A DNA stretch of 64,000 bases, from NCBI GenBank assembly GCA_043815445.1, contig JBDRIY010000058.1, positions 16,403 to 80,402 of the forward strand, in the 5' to 3' direction. This document shows positions 33,801 through 47,400 of this stretch, one piece after another. A program made the position numbers and the translations under genes. The notes under the pieces are model-generated. The model searched no databases. It was not told where the DNA came from and saw nothing but the letters and a program-made list of their open reading frames with translations. Position 1 is the stretch's first letter. Each line of letters begins with the position of its first letter. The DNA comes from Candidatus Omnitrophota bacterium (GTDB lineage: Bacteria; Omnitrophota; Gorgyraeia; Duberdicusellales; 4484-171).

Positions 33801-36800
33801 TCCTTGGTTCTTACAGGCTTTTCTACATCTTTTTCATATCGAAAACAATAGGCGCAATCGACTGAACAACCAACAAACGGGTCTATTGACAAACAAGCTT
33901 TTTGCTGAGATATATATTCAATAACCCCCCTTTCAGAATCTTCTTTTATTATTTCTAACCAGTCGCTTTTTGGCCTTATCTGATGATCTATACCAGGAAA
34001 TTTATAGTTACCTACGCCTAAGCTAATCGCAAATAATAATATCTGTGAGTCTTGATTATTCAGTTTAAATTTATCATTACATGTTTTAGCTAATTTTAAC
34101 AATGCGGAATTCGAAACAATATTTCCTTCATGCGGCTTATACCCTCCCGCAATGAATCTAATCGCTGAATGTAAAGATTTATGATTTTCCTGATCGAATA
34201 GGTGTGCACATAATCTTAAAGCGTTGATAGGGTCTCCGTAATTCTTTAAATAACAACTATAAATCAAAGCTATCTGAGAAAATGATTGTTCTATACCTAA
34301 CTGAGAATTTCGCTTAAGCCAATTTTCGTAAGCAATAATCGCTCTTTTAAAATGCTCCTGAAGTAACGATAAAGATATTCTGCTTTTTCTCTCATTTTTA
34401 GATTTTAAAGATTCAAAACTTGCTGTTTTTAATTTGCTTAAAAATTGTAACCTTACTATATATTTAAAAACTACGAAAGTACTTTTAAAATATTCCTTAA
34501 AGAAGGGACTGTTGCAGTAAGCAAAGAAGATTATAAGATACACCGCGTAAAATAATATTAACACCTCTGGTGGTCCCTGAGACAAATTTGAAAAAATCCC
34601 TGCCCTTATTAATCTCTGAAAAGAAAACAACATATTACTATCACCAATGAGGGTAAATAAAGCTACGTTTTTGTTTACAGAAGAACTGGATATTTTATCG
34701 CTCATCTTTTGAGGTAAATATCCTGTTATCTCTAAAAACTCTTTCTGCTGAGCGCTATTTAGATTTTTTAAATATGAAACTATCAACTCATTTGACCAGC
34801 GCCCCTTATAAAGCGCTATGCATAATTTAAGTAAATTTCCTTCCGGGGGATAACCAGGAAAAACCTTCTTGTCTGGGGATGTCTTTACACGCAAGTCCTG
34901 AACATCTTGGTCAGGGACTGAACTGCCATACGTAAACCACATACGCCCAAACGCATACTCTATGACTTCCCCAGCTCCCTTCAGCCGCTCAAATATTGTC
35001 ACATAGCCGGCAACATCTGAATTTACAGGACTTTCTTTCTGGATATATTTCTCATGGTTAAATACTCTAGATAAGCAAGCCAGCACCTCCGTGTCTATAC
35101 CTTCGTGATTACAATCAATGTAGCCTTTATTTGTGTATATATCACCAATCACTATAGAATCACTCATATCGTCAAAAACAATATATCCCACATATAAAAC
35201 ATCATCGCCATAATAAATATTATAGCAATTATAATACCCTTTTTTTATCCATATTCTCTTCCCATATCCATGATTCAATGTACCGTCAGAATTGTATTTT
35301 TTGTGGTTTATAATGACTACTTTACCCCCCTGCTTCTTAGGCAAATCAGGTGTAAATAAAACGCTTTTCCAAAGCTCCGCTTTAATCACAGATTCTATCT
35401 CTTTAGCATAAGCATTTGTACATTTATGCCTTAATTCACACAGTGTTTCTATCAAACCAGAAATATCTTTCTTTACACACTGCCCAGAAAACTCCACATC
35501 CTGCCCATTATTGATAACAGTTATATTAGAAAGGCTAACATCAATAGGTATATAACCATCGTTAGATTGCCAAATATCAATCAGCTTCTCAGCAGTCATT
35601 CTTACCAGCCTTTTTTTCTCTATATTAATCTGTTCTTTAGCCTGGCCGGTCGGCCATATATGAAGCTGTTTTTCCAAGGATAGTCCTATTAACGCCTTTA
35701 ATTCCGCCTCTCTTACGTCCACTCCGCTGCTATTTAAAACAGCAAAACTCAAACACCCCCCCACCAATGGATTATTTTTCAAATAAAGCTCTAAAGCATC
35801 TCTTAATTTGGTATAGGCCTCATCACCTGAAATCTCATCAATCGTATCCCTAAAAATCCGTAACGCTTCTTCTCTGCCTAATTCTTCAACTGTCGCGTCA
35901 AAGATAACTTCGTAGGGGATGGAAACATAATCAACTTTATAGGGTGTTAGGCGCGGATCCCGCAAACTGTCCTCAGTATTAACACCCCTGAAAAAGAATT
36001 CCCAGAAACTGATGTTTTGCATCTTATTGGCACCCAAATCCACATACTTCTCCCTTGCCTCGCAGGCTTCTGCCAAGGCTGCGACAGCTCCGGAGCTTAA
36101 TATATTCGCGGCATCGTTAACAATATCTCTTGTAAGAGAGCTCTGATAAACCGCGTCAAAGGCTATATGCTCTGCCGCATGACAGAATGCAGCCTGCTGT
36201 TCATCTACGCTTAAGTCTTTGGATATCAAAATAAGTGAACCTATCTTTAATTCTTTGGCGCGTTTCGGGTCGCCAATCTTATATCCAACAGGTATTGTAT
36301 CTCCTGCCTGATATGTACCATGTGTGTCAATGCCTAAAACCCGCTGAATCCTCTCTATGACCTTCTGTGAAACAATATTAACCCCCGCGTTAAACTCATC
36401 ACCTAAATCAGTAAGAGAATTACCACTCTCTGCCAGATTCTTTAATTCAGCAATAGCAGGCACAGCCACATCATCATTCCCTGCAAGCTCTATACACACT
36501 CCCAACACCCCAGCACCCAACACCCATAGTAACCTGATTCCCAAATCTCTCCCTTCCGGCAACGGCAATAAGCACTTTAACCCCCGCGCTGAAACAAGAG
36601 ATACAGAGAATAAGATTCCTAAACAGATAAAGACCAACACTATGCCGGCGAATCTTAGCTGGCGGGGTTTGACTTTTAAGCTTGAGGATTTGTATGTTGT
36701 CCAAATTAGGTATATTGTTAACAAGACAAAAGCTAATATTATCAAAAAGGGCTGAATGTTTTTGAAAAAACTAGGAAAAACAACAAGATTGAAGTTTTTA

Positions 36801-39800
36801 ATTCCGGAAGGACTGATAGCAATATCACCTTTACTTAAGCGGCTTTGTTCAATCTGATTAATAATGCATTGCGGCACTCTATGCTTATTTATAAAATCAA
36901 TATTGCGCCGGGCGTCCTCCTCTATTAGCCACTGCTGCAGTTTCAATGTCATTCTATAGTTAGCTTCTTTAATGTCCATACCGTCAAGTTGTATTAAATT
37001 TCCTAAATTAGTCTGTTCCACTACAAATACTAATGGTTTTGAGAGAAAGCTATCATCGAATAATCTTATATCTTTGAAACTGCTATCATATTTTCTGCAC
37101 CTTTCAGACAATAATGCAAAAAGATAACGATCCTCAAGATAAGAAAAATATGTCTTGTAAAAATCTGCGAGTAAAAGTATCGGAAAATCTTTTGAGAGTT
37201 TAATATTAGAATCATTACATAATAACGTTACTAAATTAATTTCATTATTAAGGTTGCTAAAAAATCCATAATTAATTGAATATGTACCATTCAAACATAG
37301 ATGGGTATCTTTCCATATACTGCAGAGACAGGTTTGAGAAAATAATGCCTCTAGAATACGGCGTGTAAGGCGCTTTCCTAAAATAGTATCTGCTTCATCA
37401 TATAAAAAGTCAGGAGGAATGTCTTGAAAAGTTCCTTTGAAATAACGCTTCTCAAAAAATCGTTTCTCAAGGGTTGTGATCATCTGCTTGATATCAGCCG
37501 GCGTATTCTCTTCTTTTTGAAGCTGAGAAACTCCCCGCCTAATAAATTCACCCCAGCCAAATAACCCATTCAACCTCCCAACAGTTCTCCCGAAATCACC
37601 TAGAAAAGCATAATAACGTTCTTTTAACAATCCTGAATCTTCTATCTGCTTACATAATTTAGAAATCATTTTATTAGCATCCTTACCATAGGCAGCAATA
37701 AAATCTTCCTGAGTAAACATAAACGGTTTCTCTAACAACCAAATTGGATATTTAGGCGCATTCTGAAGTTTAAGCAATGCAACTTTTTCTTCCAGAGTTA
37801 AGAAATCTTCATTATCAGAAGCAATCCCATACTCATCATAATCCTGCGGAGAATTAGATTGTCTAAACAATTTACGATTCTGCGGCTTTGCCTGAGCAAT
37901 AGCTATGCGCCGAAAAATCATAAGAAACATTTCTTCTATACTATTGGGTAACGAGTACCCATTATTTTCCTGATATTCGCAAAAACGCTTAAAATAGTGC
38001 TTAAGGCCAGGGTCTAAATCTAAAATTTGCGGCATTTTATCCAATCGATACGGCGAGATAAGATCAAAAATTATAACTGGCTGAATAGTCTGCTTAAGAT
38101 CTTGAGCGTCAAGCATACCTTTAGTACTCACTCTCTTACCTTTTTCATTAATATAAACATAAAGTTCACGATATGCCACATAACCAGCATGTTCTTCAGT
38201 ATCGTTCCCAAGCTTTGCTTGTGCAAACAATGTTCTATTAACTTCTTTTTTTGAGGCTATACCAACATTTCGTTTACCGTCCTTATCCAGCCAATACGGC
38301 GACATATCTTCAAACCGATGCTGGCCTTCACCTTTAGCGCTTAACCAAAGAGAGCCAACTTTCCATGATGTCCGCCTGCTATTAACAACTTGGAAATTAA
38401 ATGTTTTATCGGATTTTCGGTCAGTAAATCCAATAATAATTTCTTCATCAGGATGGCCGGCTAATTCATTAGCACGAACAGCATTCAAGATTAAAAAACA
38501 ACCATATTTCTCTAAAATATTCCTTCCTTCTCGTAATTGATTCGTAGAGTTATCTACAATATCACCCTTCCCTTGAGTAATTAATGCTTCCCTGCCGAGT
38601 TTTCTCAACTTGAACTCATTAGGCTTATTAATAGGGCCTATTTCTCCCTTTTCTTCTCTTAACCGGAGCATAAATACTGCTTTTAAATAAGGATTTTCAT
38701 CCAAAAAGCTAACAATTTCATAAGTAAACAGCTTACGCAAGTTAGCGAATAGAAGAAGGTCATGCTCTTTAAAGCAACGCCATTTCTTTCTTTTAAGGTC
38801 TTTTGATATTGGATTGTCACCTCCCGCCACACACACCCCCAACAAAACCGCCCCCAATGCCCCTACCACCAACCTAATCCATAACCCTCTCCCTTCCGGC
38901 AGCAACCCCGTCCGCCCCCAAGCTAAAGGAGAAAAACCAAAAGCCCCAATAATAATCCCCAACAAGGCGAATTTTCCGGTAAGTTTAAGCGGACGCGAAA
39001 TAGAGAAGTTTTTATGGCGGGTATAAAAGAAAAGAAGAGAAACTAAGCCTAAAACAGCCCATAACACCGGCGGGGCTAAATTGCCTAACAGGCTCATTTT
39101 ACCGCTAAGCAAAAGCTTATGGAACCCGGCTAATTTATACAATGCCGCCGTAAGAATTGTAAAAGCTAAAACTACAGGTATAAGTATAACCCTGCTAAAA
39201 CCATTACATAGCTGAGGAGATAACCTATGGAAATCATTGGCAGTAAATCCATCCAAAATTTGTTTAAAGAAAGACGTAAAACTATTTTCTTGTCTACTGG
39301 TTTTCTCCTCATATTCTCTTATCCTCTGTAAAATCCTATTTTTTATAAATAACAACTGTTCTTGTGACGCTGTTATTTCTTTCAAGGCTTGATTAATTGC
39401 TTGTTCTGCCTCAAGAACAGTAACAGATCTTTGGTCAACATATTCCAGGCCTTTTTGCGTTGTGACATTAAAATTCTTCAACAGCGTCTCCCATACCCCA
39501 TGATTTTGGCCAAACTTAGTAGATGCTTCCCGCGTTCTAACTAAACTATAATTAATTAACTCTTTCTGCTTATTAAAAATCGCGATATTCACTCCAAACT
39601 TTTGACTCATAATATCCGAAATATTAAAAAATAACTGTTCTGATAGGTCAGAGGTCATCCGTCCTTCAAGCGCAAAAGGATAACCAGGATCATCAGCCAT
39701 TTGTGATATTTGAGTTTCACCAACTCTCCCTAAAACTTCATGGGAAGAATCTTTAGGTATTTCCATACCAAAGACTAAGCGAAAATTCAAATGGTTTATC

Positions 39801-42800
39801 ACCGCGCCCGCGCCTTTTGAGCTAAAACCAATAATCCCATTAGTCTTTTTAGCTAATCTATTCATTGTTTTGATGTCTTCTAAACAAATGTTATTCTGTC
39901 CACGGTGTTTTTTAGATAAAACCACAAAAGTATCTGCCTGCCATCCATAAACATCGGGTATAATAATAAAATGCCTATTCCAGCTAATGCCTTTTATTAT
40001 CCAATGCCTATTACATAAAATACATTCAGGATCGTAACGATAAAAATGCTTGATTATACCCGTTTTAAATTTATAGACTAAAAACCAAACTGATAAATAT
40101 AAAGCTATTAATAAAGTGTATCCTCTGAATATATTCCTTAAGTTTTTTGGGGCGTTAACCGCTATAGTAAAACCTTTCTGTTTAACTTTATGATCTTTGC
40201 TGGGGTTATAAATAACATTATAATGGGGCAAACTTTGAATTTCATTCTTTAAGAATTTATTCACATCAATTATACCTAAATATCTATACTGAGCGCTTAA
40301 TGACCTTAATACAGACTCCATATCCCAGATTCTAAAAAAGGATATAAATTTAAGCAATAATCCAAACAAATAAAAATCTAAACAACCGACAATTATTTTT
40401 ATCATACTCAACGATTTTAACGCTTGCTTATTGCCTTCTAATCTTGCTTTAAACCATTCTAAGGCCATCAAATCTAATTCATAACAGTCGACGAGTAAAT
40501 TTAAGACATAATTGAAATGGTAATCAGTAGGAGAACAATCAAAGCAGGAAATACTTGGGTCCAGTAACATTGTTTGCTGCCGTCTTTTACTGCTCCAAAT
40601 TTGCCTAAAGGTGTTACCTTTGCCTAAAACTCCAAACTTACCACCTGAAACATTGCGATGTTGACAACAGCCAAAAAATTCTCTTTTGGGATTAACAACT
40701 GCCTGCCACCTTCTTACAAAACAACGCTTTACTTTAGGTTTTATTGCTTGATTAACTTTCTGCCAAGCTTCCTCTAAACTATACATTTTTTCAATATTCA
40801 GTTTATCCCCCCATTTATCTATTGAAAAATCTATTAATCTATAAGCCTCAGCTAACTTTTGATAAGAAAACTTAACTGACTCTTTAGAATAATGTTCCAT
40901 TTTAAAAATAATCTGGTTAATGCCGGCGATACAAGATAACTTTTCACATATCCGAGCTACCCCTAAATAATTGTAAGGATGCATTAAGTAACTTACATCT
41001 ATTTTGAGTTTACTATTTAATCTATCCCTGGTTCTTATTACCCCGGGGATATATTCATTGATTATTTTGGGAAAACAATCCCTGGGCTGGCCGGGTTTAA
41101 CCTTCTGATTTGATTCCTCATCGTAGGCGTCTAAAGAAATATTTAAAATATCAACATATTCCGCTAAAGTTTTCCAGGTTCTCTCATCCATGTATCTGGC
41201 GCTGGTATAAACAAAAAGTAAAGATTTTATCTCCGCGATTTTCTTAATAATATCCAGCAAATCTCTATGATTAAAAGGCTCGCCAATATCAGAAGCAATC
41301 CGCACTATAGGGGTATAACCGTATTGCTTAATATCATCTATAAGCTCAAACAAATTATCTTTATCCATAAATTCTTCTTTAGCTAATTCACTACGGCTGC
41401 CTCCTTCACACCAAATACATAAATTACCGCAGACACTGGTGATCTCTAACTGTAAAAACAACAATCTGCCCCCTACGCTTCCGGAAATCACTTCTTTTAT
41501 ATCTGACCAATAAGGCAGCCACTGATTCTTAAACCGCTCAGGATAAATACCCCCTTGGTCAACCCATTCACCAATTCTTTTTCTATATTGATAAATCTTC
41601 CCCAGCGTAAAAAATAAATGCCCCCTAGTTTTTTGTTTTTGAACACTTACCTTTAAATGTTTATACAAAAAGAAAAGAACTAAGCCTAAAGCAACCCACA
41701 ACATCGGTGGGGCAAAGGTCTGATACCAGCTTAAAATAGGGTATTTTGGCAAGAATTGAAGGTTTGGAAATGAAGTAAAGAATCCTATGGGGGTAAATAG
41801 GGTGAGGTTTTTGTTTGCAGAAGAGTTGACTGTTTTATTGTTAATCTTTTGAGGTGAATACCCTGTTGCCTCTAAAAACTTTTTCTGCTCATTACTGTTT
41901 AGATTTTTTGTCCATGAGGCTATAAATTCCTTTGACCAGCAACCACCTTTATAAAGCGCTATGCATAATTTAAGTAAATTTTCTTCTGGTGGATAATCAG
42001 GAAAAATCTTCTTGCCTGTAGATATCTCTACCCAAAGATCACAAGCTTTATTATCGGGAACCAAATTGTCATATTCTGTCCATTTAGTGCTCCCCACAAC
42101 TCTATATTTTATACTCCCCTCATTTCCTTTTAACCTCTCCAATATTGTCACACAACCTTGCCTATATGAATCTTTGACTCCGGCTATTATGGTATCTTTT
42201 TCATAGTTGTACGCCCTAGATAACCATGCTAACACCTCTGTACCTATGCCGTTACGGCTATAATTGGTGCGGCTTTTATCAGTGTATATACGTTCAATAA
42301 CTATATTATTACCCTCAACGTAAAAAGTAATGTATCCTACATATAAAGTATCTTTGACATAAAAAATACTAAACAATTCACCACACTTCTTTACTACCCA
42401 TATTCTCTTCCCGTATCCTGGATTCAGCACTCCGCCTGAATTACGTTTCTTATGGTTTATAAGAACTGCCTTATCCGAACGTTTTTTAGGCAAATCAGGG
42501 GTAAATAAAACACTTTTCCACAGCTCCGCTTCAATCGCAGATTCTATTTCTGAAGTGTAATCTATGCCGAAATGGAGTATTTTAGGGTTAAGTTTAGAGG
42601 CGTAGACCTTATTCTTGGAAAGCTTAACACGTAAAGAACCTATTTTGCCCTTAGTATCCAAATCCTCCCGGCTAATATATGGCTGCCAGTCCCATTTTCC
42701 ATTGACCTCTTGAATAGCATATTCTATTTTATCCCCCACTCTCTCAAAAATCTTAAGCCATCCGCCTATGCTACCTAATAGAGGACCATCACCTTCTAAA

Positions 42801-43669
42801 TATTCATAACCCAATCCTGAAAACCACATAGCTATAGCTGTACCTATTCCTCTTTCAGTGAAATCATCTTTATTCTTGTCTTTGTCCGCACGAAAATTCA
42901 TCCATATTTTTATCGAACCAGGACTGGACCGCCAAAGATAAATTATTCCTGCAAATTCACCGGTTTCTCCGTAATAAACGCTATACGTACCCTGAGAAGC
43001 ATCAGCACATATTATCTTTATCTTTTTGCCGGATTGGTCAGATTTCTGATTAATCAGAACAACTTCTTCCCCTTCTGCCGGCAGGCCACGGGGGGATGTG
43101 TCATTTACTTGTCTTCGCAATCTTCCAAGCGCTTCTATCAAACCAGAGATATCTTTCTTTACATACTCCCCAGTAAATACTATATCCTGCCTGTCACTTG
43201 TAACAGTTATATTAGAAAGCCTAACATCAACTGGTACACAACCCTTGGATTGCCAAATATCAATTAGTTCCTTAGCAGCCATTTTTACCAGCCTTTTTCT
43301 TTCAGCCTTAATTTGGTTTGGAGTTAAACCAGCCGGCCAAGCATGAAGCTGTTCTTTTAAGGATAATCCTGCTAATGCCTTCAATTCCACCTCTCTTACC
43401 TCCCCTCCCCTGATATTTAAACCAGCAAAACCCAAACACGCCCCTCCCAACAAAACCAACCCCAACAACCCCCCTAACCCTGCCTTTTCCGGCGGCAGCA
43501 GTAGATACCTTGACATCTGCACCGAGACAAGAGAGACAGAAAACAATACTCCTAAGCAGATAAAAGACAATACTATGCCGGCGAATTTCATCTGGCGGGG
43601 TTTGGCTTTTAGGCTTGGGGATTTTCTTGCTGTCCAAATTAGCCATGTTAATAAGACAAGAGCTAACAT
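30860..43669 (-). CDS. Giant modular ORF (~4270 aa) built of at least three tandem paralogous modules, with junctions at ~39100 and ~36700. Each module begins with a TM hairpin (KPRQ(M/L)(K/R)FAGIVLxFICLGxLFSVSLVS), then a conserved ~600-aa region and a further TM anchor. Two modules carry a radical-SAM CxxxCxxC motif.
   Basis: ATG at 43669 (MLALVLLTWLIWTARKSPSLKAKPRQMKFAGIVL...). Both module junctions (39130-38820 and 36840-36640) were reverse-complemented explicitly. They contain no in-frame stop and stay in phase 2. Phase 2 was open, while phases 0 and 1 hit stops, at 33000, 35041-35100 and 40021-40080. The radical-SAM-like motifs are VGCSVDCAYCF (33843-33872) and VCGNLCIWCE (41406-41432). 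I could not fix the 3' end because phase 2 stays open through the antisense of the PIN gene. The end of homology with other modules is ~30860. Confidence 0.5.
33843..33872 (-). other. Radical-SAM CxxxCxxC cluster motif (GCSVDCAYCF) in module 3 of the giant ORF.
   Basis: Direct reverse-complement translation of 33843-33872. Confidence 0.5.
41406..41432 (-). other. Radical-SAM CxxxCxxC cluster motif (CGNLCIWCE) in module 1 of the giant ORF.
   Basis: Direct reverse-complement translation of 41406-41432. Confidence 0.5.
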
Positions 43670-43795
43670 TTGAAAAACAACATTGATATTGACATTATAA
43701 TTGAAAAATGGTATGTTTATGATAGCTAAGGAGGCAGACGCAGGAAATTGAGAGATGCTTTCTTTAGATGAATACGTATTGGAAGGAGATAACGA

Positions 43796-44029
43796 ATGGA
43801 TAATAAAATAATAGAAAAAATTGAAGACATTGAAGATAGAATTGAAAGTATTAAATGGCTGATTAACGCGCGTTCTTTTGCCGATAAATCTCATATTTCT
43901 GCCACCATTAACATAATAAGAGAAAGCGGAGGAATTTTGAATAAAAATTGCCTCAAAGGAACTACTTTCGAAAATAGAATCCGCCGAGCATGGAAAACTA
44001 ACTTCTCCAAAAGGACAAAATACTCCTGA
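43796..44029 (+). CDS. Putative VapB-like antitoxin (77 aa), upstream partner of the PIN toxin.
   Basis: ORF with its stop 3 nt before the vapC start. MDNKIIEKIEDIEDRIESIKWLINARSFADKSH... I recognise no specific family. The assignment is by position. Confidence 0.45.
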   Translation: MDNKIIEKIEDIEDRIESIKWLINARSFADKSHISATINIIRESGGILNKNCLKGTTFENRIRRAWKTNFSKRTKYS

Positions 44030-44032
44030 TTT

Positions 44033-44407
44033 ATGCGTTATCTTATAGATACGAATATTATTATCGACCACTTGCGTGGAGATAAAAGTGTTACTTCCTT
44101 TTTGGAAAAGATAGAGAATAAAAAATCTCAAGCGAGTATATCTGTTATCACTGAATACGAACTTCTTATTTATCCTCCGCTTACTTCCCAGCAAGAAAAA
44201 GAAATTATTTCTTTTATAAATATTTTTGCTGTCCTTAATATTACCTCTTCCATTGTTAGAATCGCTGTTCGTTTTAGAAAAAAGTATAATACTGATATAA
44301 TAGATTCCCTTATCGCCGCTACAGCTCATAAAAATAAATCCATCCTTATCACCCGCAATATTAAACATTTTAAGAATATCAAAGAAATCCAAATTGAAAC
44401 CATTTAG
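44033..44407 (+). CDS. vapC: VapC-type PIN-domain toxin.
   Basis: MRYLIDTNIIIDHLRGDKS...IIDSLIAATAHKNKSILITRNIKHF has the classic VapC PIN acidic residues (D6, E, D, D). It ends with TAG at 44405-44407. Confidence 0.75.
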   Translation: MRYLIDTNIIIDHLRGDKSVTSFLEKIENKKSQASISVITEYELLIYPPLTSQQEKEIISFINIFAVLNITSSIVRIAVRFRKKYNTDIIDSLIAATAHKNKSILITRNIKHFKNIKEIQIETI

Positions 44408-44439
44408 TAAAATTCCGAATAATTGAGAGATGCTCTCTT

Positions 44440-47400
44440 GAGTTGACTCTTTACCAAATTCTTCCTTACTAAAATTAGACGAGGTATTATGATCTATCTT
44501 GAGGTTATTTAGAAAAGATTGAGGGGGGATGTCAAAACCATAATTATTATAAAAATTAAAACAAATAACTAAAACAATTATCCCGAAAGCAGCCAGCCAA
44601 GCTACCCGGCCAAACGATAATGCTGACACTCCCGGCTCCGCCAACCCCGTCTCCCCCCAAGCTAAACCAGAAAACCCAAAAACGCCGATAATACTTGCTA
44701 ACAAGGTGAGTTTTACAATAAGTTTAAGTTTATGCAGAATAGAAGAGTTTTTATGATGGGTATAAAAGAAAAGGAAAAGAACTAAACTTAAAACAACCAG
44801 CGGCGGGGCAAGGATTTGATATGAGCTTACAATGGGAAATTTTGGCAAAAATTGAAAATTTGGTAATGAAGTAACTAATCCTATAGGGGTAATTAAAGCA
44901 AGGTTTTTGTTTACAGAAGAGCTGGATATTTTGTTATTAATCTTTTGAGATGAAAGCTCTGTTAACTTGTAAAGCTCTTCCTGCTGGACGCTATTTAGAT
45001 TCTCTGAATATAAAGCTATCAACTTATTCGACCAGCGACCTTTATAAAGCGCTATGCATAATTTAAGTAAATTTCCTTCCGGGGGATAGTTAGGAAAAAT
45101 CTTTTTGCCTGGAAATGTTTTTACCCGAAGATATTTAATGTCTTTCAAAGGAACTAAACTGCTATAATTATACCAATCGCGGCCTTGGTCGTATTTTGAA
45201 TATTCTATAACCTCTCCTTCCCTTTTTAACCTCTTAAATATTACCAGATAGCCAGGTATAGCTAATCTAATAGGTTTATTTATTTGAATTACTTTCTTAT
45301 GGTCAAATACTCTCGTGTAATAAGCTAAGATCGCTGTGCCTATGCCCTTTCGACTGCAATCAATATCACCTTCATTTAGATGCATTCTAGTAATTTCTAT
45401 AGAAGAACCCACAATTCCAGAAGTAACATACCCCACATATAAAGGATGTACACCATAAAAAATCTTATGACGATTATAGTTCTTGTTTTGTATCGTAATT
45501 TTATTGCCATATTCCATATTAAGCGTGCCGTTTGAATGATATTCTTCACGATTTATAATGTGTGCCTTATCCCAAGGGTTTTTAGGCAAAGCAGGGGTAA
45601 ATAAAACACTCTTCCATAGTTTCTCCTTAATAGCCGCTTCTATCTCAAATGCATAATCTATATCCGGACAACTCTTAACAGCCTTTAAAGTACTTAGGCA
45701 TTCATCTCTTAATTTTCCTAAAGTTTCTATCAAACCGGAAATATCTTTCTTTACACACTGCCCGATAAACATCACATCCCGCCCATCATTAGTGACAGTT
45801 ATTTTAGAAAGGCTAACATCGACAGGTATATAACCGTCATTGGACTGCCAAGTATTAATTAGTTCCTCAGCAGTCATCCTCACCAGTCTTTTCCTTTCTG
45901 CCTTAATTTGTTCTGGAGTCTGGCTGGCTGGCCAAGTATGAAACTGTTCTTCTAGGGTCAGTCCCGTTAACGCCTGTGGTTGCCTCTCTGTTACTCCCCC
46001 TCTACTAATATTTAAAACAGAAAAAACCAATTTTCCGCATAAAATATCTAATATCTTCTTTTTTATTTTGTTATTAGTCGCAGTATCTTCATTTAAGCTA
46101 TGCGCATATTCTTCCTCTATTACGTCTAAAAAATTACTGTAGTATTTCCCAAAAGCCCAAAGCCCTCCAACAACACCGCTAAGTTTGAAGCGGGAAGAAA
46201 AACTGGAAGGATTGGTAGAAAGGTGTTTAACGAAGAAAAATACGAAAAACAAAAACAATATAAACCCTATAACAAGAGGCGGAGCAAGGGTTTGATACCA
46301 ACTCACAACAGGAAATTTTGGTAAAAATTGAAGGGTTGGGAATAAGAAAGATAATTCTCTATAATTATCACCAATCAAAGCTTTCGAGTCCACTTTAGCG
46401 GCAGTTTCTTTAATTCGAGTTTTCATTTCTAAAAGCACGGAACGGGTAAGATTAAAAAAGAGGCTTTGAGCTAAATGTTGAACAGAGACAGCAGAATTTA
46501 TTATTAAAGAATATGCTTGAACATATTCGGTATTTATCTCGGCAGGAACGCGATAATTAGAATCGGCCAGCGAAGACTGGACAAAATCATAAACCTCTTT
46601 CAGGTAATCAGGCGAAACTTTGAATAGTTGACCCAGATTATAAATATCAAGTTTAGGAATATAACTACCATCAGCCTGTTTATTTACATAATCCTGATAC
46701 TGTACTGCCGCAATCAACCCATTTATCTCATAACCAAGAGCAAGGTACATTAAAAAATCAGCATAAAATTTTGCTTGTTGCTTTATTCCTCTTACCAACG
46801 TGCTATCCGCGCTTATTAATACGGATGCTTGTTCAAGGCTTAAAGCTCGCTGCTTTAATCCTTTTATTATCGCGATATCCACAGCCCTTGCCTCGGCTTC
46901 GCTGAATCCCATTGCATGTCTAAACTCATGCGCCGCGTACATAATAATATCTGCTGCTGTCGCGATGTTTGCCGCGTATAAAGTGTTTCCTTCAAATCTA
47001 AACGCCGGGGAAAGAGCAGCATTTCCTCTAAGCATCAAACTAACATAAGGAACTACCTCAATATTTATATCCCTACCCACAGCTTTACTAAATACCCCTT
47101 TTATAAAGCCTAAAGTACTACCCTTGCCTCTAGCTACTTCGCCTAATGTTCTCTGAAACGAAAATCCAATATTATCTATACGTAAACTCAAGCTGTTATA
47201 AAATTCTCTGGCGCTAGGTGAATCAAGGCCCATACTAACCAGCTCGTTATTTAAAAAATCGCGGAAAATACTATCTGCTTGTTCTAATTGCTCTTGAGGA
47301 ACTCGGCCTTTAACGATAATCTTTATACTTATGCCTGACGGTAATTCTCCATCCCTGAAAAAACCTAATGACCTAATAGAACTTACCCACCTCAACCAAA

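Noticed and set aside
43308-43646. Track ORF on the minus strand (MANLDSKK...GRGGKRGG). A similar one is at 36474-36704.
   Set aside because: It is out of frame with the verified phase-2 frame that encodes the conserved MKFAGIVLSFICLG N-terminus. Its translation is Gly/Arg low-complexity. The paralog similarity it shows is a DNA-level echo.
43650-43800. Extending the giant ORF start upstream of 43669.
   Set aside because: The frame remains open but reads IINIPFFNYNVNINVVFQ, which is the antisense of the vapB promoter. ATG 43669 directly precedes the first TM helix, like the paralogs.
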